A DNA stretch of 64,000 nucleotides from Azolla caroliniana (Eukaryota > Plantae > Polypodiophyta). This document shows, piece by piece, positions 1-10,109 of the stretch. The position numbers and the translations under genes were made by a program. Within the stretch, counting starts at the first letter, position 1; the number at the start of each line of letters is the position of its first letter. The DNA lies in assembly GCA_043228905.1 (NCBI GenBank), contig JBHGNT010000009.1, positions 3,844,001-3,908,000 on the forward strand. Reading direction: 5' to 3'. The notes below the pieces were generated by a model that did not search any database, was not told where the DNA came from, and saw nothing but the letters and a program-made list of their open reading frames with translations.

Positions 1-185
1 TTTAAACCAAACCGTTTTGAGCCGAACCGTTTAAACCGAACCGTTTAAGAAGTATGAGAAACCAAACCATTTAAGCCAAACCGTTTTGGACCAATTTAGA
101 ACCAAACCAAACCGTTTGTACAAAAATCAGAACCAAACCAAACCATTTATGAAAAAACCAAAACCAAACCAATCCAAACCAGAGC
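1..185. repeat. hAT subterminal repeat array (AAACCG/AAACCA motifs)
   Basis: Repeated aaaccg, gaaccg and aaacca motifs, like the Ac-type transposase-binding subterminal motifs. Confidence 0.75.
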
Positions 186-720
186 AAGAAAAACAGAAAT
201 TTAGACATTTTAAATGTTTTTTGAAGAAGAATACCATAATAAACAGAAATTTTCTGACATTAAAGTTTTGTGGAGAATATATAGATAATACACAAAAAAC
301 TAAAATCCCAGAGCTTATGACCATCAATCGATCATATACAGTTCACGTCAGCATTTAAGTTTGTATCCACCATTTACAACAAAGCCAAAAATATAAGATA
401 AATGTGAAAAACTTCTACATAAACCAATGTTCCTCTTTTAGTTTCCAATGTTTACTTTCAGCTTGAATTACCGATTCTTGGAAGTATAAAATATGTAAAA
501 GAAGTAATTAGTAATAAAATAATAAAATAAAAATAAATTCGTAAAAGTATGCACTAAGAAATTACAATGTCTTCAAGGATCTCCAATTGCAACTTGCATT
601 TCATGGACTTGTGAAAAAGTATCATGATTCCTGTTCCATGCACATATAAAAAACATCAAATAAGTGAAAAACTAGTAATGAAAAATAAACTTAAAGAATG
701 AATTAAAAGGTATGCACACC

Positions 721-2817
721 TTATCTCCCATGATTATCACGTAACATGTAATCTATTACCTCGTCTTCACGAGCAAGATCATCTAGATTAAATTTAAGTT
801 CTTCATAAGCCATGTGAAAGTTATCTGTTATTTGAATATTCGATTCTCGCAAAACTTGCAGCCATGATCGAATACACATTTCAGCCTTGAATGTGTATGA
901 ATGTAGTTTGATCCTATCATCAAAGGTCATTTTTGCTGCTGAATTTGCCTCTTCCGCAGGTACTGATGATGCTGGTATAGCAAGGTAATCACATGCCATC
1001 CTATACAATTTTGGCATTGCAGATTTATTATCATGCCACCATTGTAAAGGATCCTTGTCTGTGCTAGCTAAAGGAAGTCTTATAAACTGCTCAATTTCAG
1101 ATCGTGAATCAGAAATAAGACTTTTATTCTGTACACCCATTAACCTCCAAATTTTTAGAGTTATTATCAATAGGTTGTATTGTGGTTGAAGGTGGCTCAA
1201 CACCACTCGAGAATGAGTGGTAATGGGACTCAATCATGCCTTCAACCAACTTAAGATCTAACTCTTTTTCGATATGGTCATTTGAAATAGGCAATCTAAA
1301 AAGGAATGAAAAATATTATTAAACTCAAATAACATATTAGAAAGCATGAAGACAATTGTAAATCTTAAAGGAAAGTATTACCTGGGATCAAGAAACATTG
1401 CAATGCGCGATGGAATAGACTTTAACGATTCTTGATACTTAATTAAATATTGTAAGCAGTTCTCAAACGCATTTTGAAGCACCGCTTGTGTGAATCTAGA
1501 TGATCCCGGAGGTGAAGAATCTAAAAACTGATTACAATGATTAAGTAAACAATTATACGCTAGTGATGCTAGTGATAATGTAGGATATCTTGATCCTCCT
1601 AGAAAGGTAGAAACCTCTGCAGGTGTTTCTAACCATTCCTCCATAGCATGTATGTGACTCCAATCTTCTACAGTCAAGGCATAACCATTGAAATCACTTG
1701 AAATTGTTAGATCTGAAATTGTAAAGTTCAATATATCTCTATCCTTGATAGCTTGCCTAAACATCTCTAAAGTAGAATTCCATCTTGTAACAACATCAAG
1801 CCTTGGAGGTTCCTTTTCACGATGTTCAACCATCTTAGCATACTTCCTAAACACTTCCCTTCGAACCTTGCTAGATCTAATAATTTGGAGCACTGTTCTC
1901 AACTTTTCTGTTGAGGGTGAGATAATCTCTAATGCTGACTTGATGCCCAATTGAAAAGTGTGCACCATACACCTTAACATGTGTGATGGAGCTAAAATTT
2001 CCTTACCATGCTCATTTTGTAACAGCATGCTCAATTCCTTTGCAGCCATTTGTGCATCACTAGCTCCATCAAAAATTGTAGCTAATAATCGACTTGAAAT
2101 ATTAAAAGATCCAAGTCGACAAAAGAGGGCATGTGCACAACGTTTCCCTAATCCAGCACCTGGAAATACATGCACAAAATCCAATAGCATGGACCTTGAT
2201 CTTGTTGTCTCGTGACATGCCCAATGAAGTGTCACTGAGTAGAAGCCCTTTAGACTACTATTTGACCAACCATCAAAAGTAATAGAAAATCTTGATTGAC
2301 TTTTTGATAATAAATCTATCACTTGATGGCGCAACACCACATACATTTCTAAGATGGAACGTTTAATTGTGCACCTTGTCTTCATCTGATATCCAGGTAC
2401 AAGGTCGTGTACGAACTCTTTAAATGCATCTGATTCCACATGTGCATGGGGCAAAGTTCCCTTGACAATATACCTCGTGACGAAACAATCAATTTTCTTC
2501 TCTAAAAAACGAGATACTTTAGTAGACTCTATAGAAGATCGAATAATCTTCGAAATACCTGAATTTTGATTTGGCTCGTCTGATAGATGATGTTTTTCCG
2601 TTAAATGCTTAGCTATAGTACCTGTGGATGTTTTTGAAGACCAACAAACATGACAGTGATGGCATCGTCGTCGAGGTGTGCCATTATCTATATAAGATAT
2701 GATGTGAGCATTTGTCCATGATGAACGTTGCCTTTTTCTTGACATGCTTGTTTGCCCATGGCTAACATTAATTGACGATGAGCCCATCGTTGCATGAGTT
2801 TGAGAAGATGATTCCAT
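721..2817 (-). pseudogene. hAT transposase (BED zinc finger, DDE core, hAT C-terminal dimerisation domain); 2 coding exons, one frameshift
   Basis: N-terminal CHHC...HLTEKH BED finger; SITFDGWS, DGASD, RCMVHTFQL and DVVTRWNST core motifs; C-terminal DPLQWW...PKLYRMACDYLAIPASSVPAE. Exons 2817-1382 and 1295-721, with GT-AG intron 1381-1296. The spliced frame needs a 1-bp correction in the T-run at 1152-1156 to reach KIWRLMG. Confidence 0.9.
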
Positions 2818-3423
2818 TTAATGTTGTCCCTATAAAACATAAAAAAAGAAAGCATAGTTATGTATATAATACATATATTTTGTCCATAAGATAGTAACTA
2901 CCATGACTATGACTCATATATGCATGGTTGCATCCTCTTATTAATTAAAATGGTCATATTGCATACACACATGTACAACATAATCTTTATCACACCCTAT
3001 AAGCCATGTGCATGCATGTTCATATCAAATTGGGAAGTGATGAATTTGTTTAGTGCTGAAAATTAGAAACATAACATAATAGGAATACATGGTTCAAATA
3101 ATCAAAATAGACGATCTCCTTTGAGGCCTTAGAGCAAGGAAGAAAAGTATATGCTCATGTTATATACTTTGGTTTCAACATAGATGTGTACATGGGCAGT
3201 AATCTGTTAGATTTTCCGATGCACCAGCTATGTTAAGGTATAATATATTTGGTCTTTTTGACCTTATTTATAAAAGTTTCTTGATGATATACTAAAAAGA
3301 AGGAAAGAAGTATATATTAACATCCCTAAAAGACCATAATGGCCATTGAGATCTAACAAAGATTACTTCTCTTTGTTTTTCAGAATTTTGCTCCCATTTC
3401 AAAACATTTCTTGTCATTTACAG

Positions 3424-4234
3424 GTAGAAGAGCTAAGACGATTTGTTTTTAATCTTTCTCTGGTTGTTCCTGAAGGAATGGTTATTTTTTTGCCATCATT
3501 TGAGTACGAACAACAGTTTCACTCGGCATGGAAAGTCTCGGGAATCCTTGATAAGATACAAAGGAAGAAAGTTCTATTTCGAGAGCCCAGAGATGCTGCA
3601 TCTCTTGATACAACACTACGTAAGTACAAAGAAGCTGTAACAGATACTCAGAATCTGGATTCAAGAAGGACAGGAGCTATCATTCAGTGTGTCGTAGGAG
3701 GAAAATGTCTGAAGGTATCAACTTTAGTGATGGTATGGGTAGATGCGTGGTCATGGTTGGATTGCCATACCCAAGCCTTTCAGATCCAGAACTTGTAGAA
3801 CGCATGAAGTATGTTGATATGATTCTGTCAGTGCCAACAGAGAGGATGTCTAAGGGTTGTGAGTTGGAAAACACACCATTGAGGAGCTATAATGGCAGAA
3901 CTTATTATGAGAACCTATGCATGAAGGCAGTAAACCAGTCTATAGGTAATGCTCAAACACTTTTTGACTGCTCTTTTATGTTATGTTTGCATATGTTTCC
4001 AAAGCCACTCAGTGTATTAATGTCTTCTTAGGTAGAGCAATCAGGCACATAAAGGATTATGCATCTATTATTCTTGTGGATACCAGATATACATCATCAT
4101 CTTCTATAACATCAGGGCCAACATCAAACCTACCCACTTGGATTAAAGAGCAGTTGATCATAGCGACAGGGAGCTTTGGAGAGGCACATAAACGAATCCA
4201 TCAATTCTTCAGGAAAAAACAAGACGATAACTAG
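3424..4234 (+). pseudogene. DDX11: 3' fragment (last two coding exons) of a DDX11/CHL1-type XPD-family DNA helicase
   Basis: [65 protein letters not shown]|RAIRHIKDYASIILVDTRY and LPTWIK match the DDX11/Chl1 helicase C-terminal domain. Acceptor CAG at 3421-3423, GT-AG intron 3946-4031, 1-bp deletion in the A-run at 3702-3705. No upstream exons are visible before the transposase. Confidence 0.85.
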
Positions 4235-4800
4235 GTATGCATGATTGTTTTGATGTCAATTATAAGTACTTTTTAAGTTTTCTTGGCTGCTCTAATAAGC
4301 TATTTCTCAAAATTCTAGTAGGAGATGGCAAGATCACTCCAACATGGTAGACTTATCCGAAGGACAGGTTGAGGCGCATCTTTTTCTAGTGTACATTTTT
4401 AAAGTGGTACACTATTATCATCAAGAGTTTGAGATATAGGCTTTTACTTCATCATGTTCAGAATACAAATATGGGTCGCTAATAGCATAGAATAAGAAAG
4501 CGTAGCATTCAAAAAATTGTTCGTCAGGATTGAATCAATGTGTTTCATTATGTAACCTTACTGGGAATGAAGCTGGGAATACTTGATCAATACATATCTG
4601 TGTAACGAGATTGTAGATTGTGTCGCTGTAGTAGGAACTTTGAAGAGGACTAGGGAGTTAGGAGTTAGGAGTTAGAATGAGGACTGAGGTAGCGCAACAG
4701 AGAGTATAAGAGAGTATACAGTATGTGAATCGTGCAGAAAAGAGAGTCAGGACTCAGGAGGCAGAATATAGGATTATTATTTTTAAATCTAAAAAGTTAA

Positions 4801-5005
4801 AACCTAAAAACCAAACCGTTAAACCGAAACCGATAAACTGATAAGCCTTTAAACCGCTAAACCGATAGCACCAAAAACCGAACCGAACCGAAACCGAACC
4901 GACTCGTATACTATGAAACCAAACCAAACTAGTTTTTAAACTTTAAACCGATAAACCATTAAGCCACGACTTAGCGGTTCGGTTCGGTTCGAGCTGAAAC
5001 CGGGC
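4801..5005. repeat. hAT subterminal repeat array, right end
   Basis: Many aaaccg/gaaccg copies followed by inverted cggtt copies next to the terminus. Confidence 0.75.
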
Positions 5006-5011
5006 CCATTG

Positions 5012-5197
5012 ATAGTTGTGACTCCTTATTATGCTACATTTTGTAATTCTTATTCTACTTGTGAAATATACACCTTCTTCTTGAGTATTCCTTTTTATAT
5101 CTATTTGGTGATCTCTCTTCTCTCCTCTAATTCCTCTCACACATACACATAGCACACATCTCTTCCGCTACACAAGAATCATACCCGATTCTTTACA
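5012..5197 (+). mobile_element. 3' half of an LTR (same family as solo LTR 38515-38944), cut by the hAT insertion
   Basis: agttgtgactcct...attctacttgtgaaatata.accttcttcttgagtatt...cacaagaatca...tttaca aligns with 38764-38944 and ends in the same TTTACA terminus. Confidence 0.8.
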
Positions 5198-7393
5198 GTA
5201 AGTTCCACAACTTTACATGTTGAGGTGAGGCCCTGTGTTACATGTATCAACAATAGAATGGTGCGAAACATCTGGTTGCAATGTAGTGTCACCTTGATAT
5301 GGATAGTATACTATATAACATAGAGCTCTTCACTAATGAAAGTATTAATATGCATCACATGGACTAAGGTATGATTTTATTTGTTACTTGGGGAAGTCAG
5401 GTTAAACAACTTTTGGGAGGAACAATAGACGACATCAAGTTGGGGCAAAACTACACAAAGTCATGACATGTGACACTAATGATGTGACAAATTCCACACT
5501 TTGGAAATATTACACACCATTTTTCACGAACTTTACTTTACACATGTACAATATGGCAATGTCCCAAGACATTGAAAACCCAAATATAGGTTTATTTGAA
5601 TATGGACATTGATATAGGTATACTTGCATATGGATCCCCTCATCGTGAATGTTAAGCCAAAAGTAACTTAGTGTGTCTCCCTAGAGTCAAAAATTATTTT
5701 ATATGGAAACTTCATTTATAAGTTTAATATGGTATAATTTAACAATAATAGTTATGAGTGGGTTAAGGTTCACAAACGTAATTGCTACAATTAGACATTT
5801 ATTGACTTAACGATGTCAAATATCATTGTTAATCACTCTCGAGTTAATAACATGTAGGCTAACCAATAAAGCGCACTTTAATCTATCACATGATGAATGT
5901 GATGGCATAAGATATTTGTTGAAGCACAATTTTGATGAGTATGACATTGCTTTGAGTTTGCACATCATGCCACCATAATACATTTGATGTGGAGATTGCA
6001 AATCAAATTTTCTTAGCATGTTATTTGGTGCCTACCATGGCAAATACATTAGGTGATCAAGCACTCAATTTGTGTGATGACTCATAAAGTAAATAATCTT
6101 TAACAATTATCTATGCAAAAACACATTGGAGGATTAAACGGTCAATTGAGAGGGATGCATCCCCCTTCCTTCATATAAAGTTTGTGGCATCTATCCACCA
6201 TATAAAGTTTGTGGATTATACACATTAACATGTTGATCACGTTAATAACTCTTTTGGGTAATTAGAATGTGAGGATGCAAGGCAGATCCCGTTCCACAAA
6301 TAGGTTGATCCATTAACAACTCTTTGGGGTATTTAGAATGTGTCGATGTGAGATAAAGGAACCTCGAGCGACAAATTAGGACATGGGATATGACAAAAAG
6401 AGATGCAAACTAATTTTGCACGATTAGATTAAAAATGTTGTTTAAAAATATATTGTTTGTTCCATACATTAATATGGCCCAGTTTTTACAAGAAACTTCG
6501 ACAAATGGACAAGTTTCATGTAATGGTGAAGCTTGGCATTTTCAAATGATGGAGACACTTGTTACACTATTAGGAGTATTGACCTTTGCACACTTAAGTT
6601 ATCTTTCATTATCTTTCCATCTGCATTTTGTCAAGGATCTAATCACAGATTCAAATGATACTAACTAACTTATGGGTTTAGAATACACATTTTCATCGGT
6701 CACATAAGCTTAGGATCCTAGCATACCTTCTAGAGATACTCTACAACCCACGACATCTGAGGGGTTAACACCGTCATTCAAAAAAAGGAAACCATAATAA
6801 ATGAACAAATGTATGTGTTTGTTTGCATTTATAAATGGTTGAGACTAGTCAAACAATAATTGAAATCGAAGTCATGGGCTTGTATCGTCAAAACTATATG
6901 CTATGCTATGTCTCTAATTTTGTTTCATGTGTCCAGTCACCCATGTCGGTGTTGATCCAACTTCAAAGGTTTTGCTACCATTCCTTTTTTAGGATTAAAC
7001 CCTACCACCACTACTTTCTTCCCACTCTTTCAAACAGAGGCGTCAATTCTCCTTTTGAGAGTGGAAAATGGTGTGGACACAAGTCTTTTCTCACACTCTG
7101 GACAGTGATAATGTTTCCTATTCATAAACTTCATTAAGAAAAGATAGGCATAAAGAGAGTTTCATGAGGTTCACAAAAGCATTTTTTTAACCTTTTTGTG
7201 CAAAGCCTTTTGCAAAGACATGATATGTGTCAGCAAGAGAACAAAAAGGCAAAAATGATATAAAATATTTTGATCTCTTATGTGCATTTCACAATATACC
7301 TACATCTATTAAAAACATTTGAATGTTATATGTATGCTTCGGGTAATCTCAAACCATGCATATGTTTACGTGTGTTCGTATGAAGATTATGTA

Positions 7394-7643
7394 TGCTTCG
7401 TTATACAGGCCAAATGAATAGGATTTGTCCACAAGTTGTGTTATGGTGGTATTCTACTACTGCTTCATTATACAGGCCTAATCAATAGGATTTGTCCACA
7501 AGTTGTGTTATGGTGGTATTCTACTACAACTTTATTATACAGGCCTAATCAATAGGATTTGTCCAACAAGTTGTGTTATGGTGGTATTCTTCTATGGCTT
7601 CATTATACAAGCCTAATGAATAGCATCTATCCAACAAGTTGTG
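7394..7643. repeat. Minisatellite, ~67-bp unit x 3.7
   Basis: Unit tgcttcattatacaggcctaatcaataggatttgtccacaagttgtgttatggtggtattctactac starts at 7394, 7461, 7528 and (partially) 7596. Confidence 0.9.
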
Positions 7644-8303
7644 CCCATTTGTGTACACAACATTTTCCCAGAAAAAATGGCATATAAAAGAGATTGATCG
7701 AAATCTAGACCAATTCATGAGCATCAGACGAGTCCCGCTAATCAGGCATTGAGCTAACCGATCGTTCTCTAATTGGCGGGAGCGTAAGGCGCATCCATCC
7801 TGATTGCGGGTTAACTACAGTGTCGAATTTGGGACATCCGTGTTCGATCAGAACAAGCGTGGTTCGCTGAAAACTGGCTGCTCTAGAGGATGTGCATTAA
7901 ACACGAGCCGCACATGTATTGTGTGTGTGTGTGTGTGTGTGTGTTGTGCTTAATGACATGCGAGCTCAATTTTAATGGTGGTTTAATTAGTCTCATGTGA
8001 TTAGGAAGGAGCCCAAACTTTAATTAGAGAGAATATGGTTGGGGCTATTTTAGTAATTTCCAGAAACAATCACAACAAGACCTGCACCATTTTATTGTTT
8101 TTCTTGTATGAGGAGGGAGGTCCCATGGATGCTCTGTTTTTTGTGTGTGTGTGAGAGTGGGAACAGAAGAACAGGGGAAGAGGTCTAATCATGGAAACCT
8201 TTCTTCTTCTTCTTCTTCTTCTTCTCCTTCTTCTCCCTCCTTTTCTCTCAAAAGAAGAACAGAGTGGTGGGGCAAAGCTTAACCCTGGCCTTTTGATGAT
8301 AAG

Positions 8304-8972
8304 GTATCTACCTGTCTATGTCTCTGTTCTCCCTACCCTAGGTCTAGATCTGTGACAAAACATTTTTCTCCGCCATAAAGCAAAGGTCTTTTTAGGGTTT
8401 AGTGATGGTCCCTGTGTGCCCCCCCCCCCCCCCTTCTGTCTTTTAAGTAAGAACAGTTTTAGCAGATAAAGAGGGACAATAGGAAGACAAAAGATAACAG
8501 AGAGATGAAGCTTTGCAGAGGGGGCTCTTGAAATGCCTGTTTAAGGAAACCTCAAAAATGCAGGTCAATTATGCATAAACCCTAGAAAAATGTCTATAAG
8601 TACAAAGACATCTGATTAGCATTAGAAAACCCTTGAAAAGATAGTAAATCGAAAGGAACTCTTGTAACTCCGAGAAGCGCCCTAGGAATTTCTATAAATC
8701 TGAGTAAACTCTAGAAAATTTGTAAATCTTAGGAAACCCTTGAAAAGAGTGAAATTTCTGTCTTCAGGAAAACCTGGAGGAGTCTGGAATGTTCATCTAA
8801 GAAAATCTTAGAAAAGTTGCTAACCCAAGGAAACCCTCTCCGGACAATGCTGTAAACCGAAGAGAAGATATGAAAAAACTGTGTCAAGAAACACAGAAAA
8901 GGATGTGAATGCTAGGAAACCCAAAGAAACAGGTTCAAGGAAGAAGGTTTTTTCCCATCCTGACTGTTACAG
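8304..8972 (+). other. Probable 5'-UTR intron of the F-box gene
   Basis: AAG|GTATC donor after a CT-rich leader; CTGAC branch-like motif and TTACAG acceptor 78 bp upstream of the ATG. Confidence 0.45.
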
Positions 8973-9050
8973 AACAGAGAGGGGGCAGACACATTGCAAA
9001 TTTATTGATTCTTACCTCTGGATTATAAGAAGAAAAGTCCCCTGCACATT

Positions 9051-10109
9051 ATGACTCTGATTTGTGACCCTTTCGACTCACTCCCTGATCCTCTTTTGTT
9101 ATATATCTTCAATAAGCTCTGTGATATCAAAGCTCTTGGTCGCTGCTCAGCTGTTTCGAAGAGATTCAACACTTTGGTTATTCAGGTGGAAGAAGTTGTT
9201 GTAAAGGTTGATTGTGTTATCTCAGCTGAAGAAAGCAATCTCTCACTCAGAGGGAAGAGTCTCCTCAGTCATATTTTTCGGGTATTCATGGGTAGCATCA
9301 TCATCAAGCCTTTACATGCATTACAACAGCTCTTGGTTCCTAAGAAGAGCATTATACTTCCCGAGGTATCTCACCATTCTCCTGGCGAGGTTTTGAAAAA
9401 CTTTAAAAGGGTAAAGAACCTTCGGATTGAGCTTCCCGGAGGAGAATCAGGTATCGATAATGGGGTCATCCTGAAATGGAGAGCAGAGTTTGGTAGCACA
9501 CTAGAAAGCTGTGTGATACTCGCTGCATCTTCTCTCATTAACACTAAGGAGGATAAATCATCGGACCAAATTACCAACCTAGAGGGCTTAACCCATACCG
9601 ATGAGAATGACAATTCTATGCAAGATACCAGTGGCAATATACCTCAATCTTTCTTCATTAACGGTGGGCTGAAGCTAAGAGTTGTTTGGACAATCAGCTC
9701 GCTTATAGCAGCTTCTGCAAGGCATTTTCTTCTCCAGCAAATAGTGCTCGAACATCCAACATTAGAGGGCCTAACGTTGGTAGATGCAGAAGGGCAAGGA
9801 ACCCTATGTATGAACAAACAACAACTTCTTGATTTCAGAGAAAGACCCATTGCAGCCTCAGCATCATCAAATCGAACTCAGATACCAGCCCTTAATATCA
9901 AACTCTGGTATGCCCCTTGTTTACACCTCCCTGGAGGGGTTATGATGAAAGGGGCAACACTTGTTGCTATTAGACCTAGTGGGCAATCAACAAAGAAAGA
10001 GAAAGATGTGGAAAGCTTTGCCATAAATGCATTTGAATCGCCTTATGATGATGCGATTGCTGCCTTGATCAAAAGGCGGACATACCTTCTTGAAATGAAT
10101 TCCTTCTAA
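9051..10109 (+). CDS. F-box protein, At1g30200/At5g46170/At4g18380-like family (intronless CDS, 352 aa)
   Basis: N-terminal F-box DPFDSLPDPLLLYIFNKL..IKALGRCSAVSKRF; family motifs HHSPGEVLKNF, LRIELPGGE, LKWRAEFGSTLESCVIL, GGLKLRVVWTISSLIAASARH and C-terminal RRTYLLEMNSF. Open frame throughout. Confidence 0.93.
   Translation: MTLICDPFDSLPDPLLLYIFNKLCDIKALGRCSAVSKRFNTLVIQVEEVVVKVDCVISAEESNLSLRGKSLLSHIFRVFMGSIIIKPLHALQQLLVPKKSIILPEVSHHSPGEVLKNFKRVKNLRIELPGGESGIDNGVILKWRAEFGSTLESCVILAASSLINTKEDKSSDQITNLEGLTHTDENDNSMQDTSGNIPQSFFINGGLKLRVVWTISSLIAASARHFLLQQIVLEHPTLEGLTLVDAEGQGTLCMNKQQLLDFRERPIAASASSNRTQIPALNIKLWYAPCLHLPGGVMMKGATLVAIRPSGQSTKKEKDVESFAINAFESPYDDAIAALIKRRTYLLEMNSF

Larger units (their letters stand above)
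1..5011 (-). mobile_element. hAT-superfamily DNA transposon (left end outside window) carrying a captured gene fragment
   Basis: Dense AAACCG/AACCG(A) subterminal arrays at 1-185 and 4801-5005 bracket a hAT transposase. The right array ends ...GAAACCGGGCCCATTGA and is followed abruptly by unrelated LTR sequence. TIR and TSD cannot be verified because the other end is outside the window. Confidence 0.8.

Noticed and set aside
86-358. 90-aa KPN-rich ORF
   Set aside because: It is a translation of the hAT subterminal AAACC repeats and has no true ATG start.
5200-6650. Possible very old Gypsy pol remnant with a short internal duplication (6232-6345)
   Set aside because: No diagnostic motif could be read with confidence.
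7394-7643. Regular repeat resembling a CRISPR array
   Set aside because: Units are head-to-tail with no unique spacers, there are no cas genes, and the context is eukaryotic.
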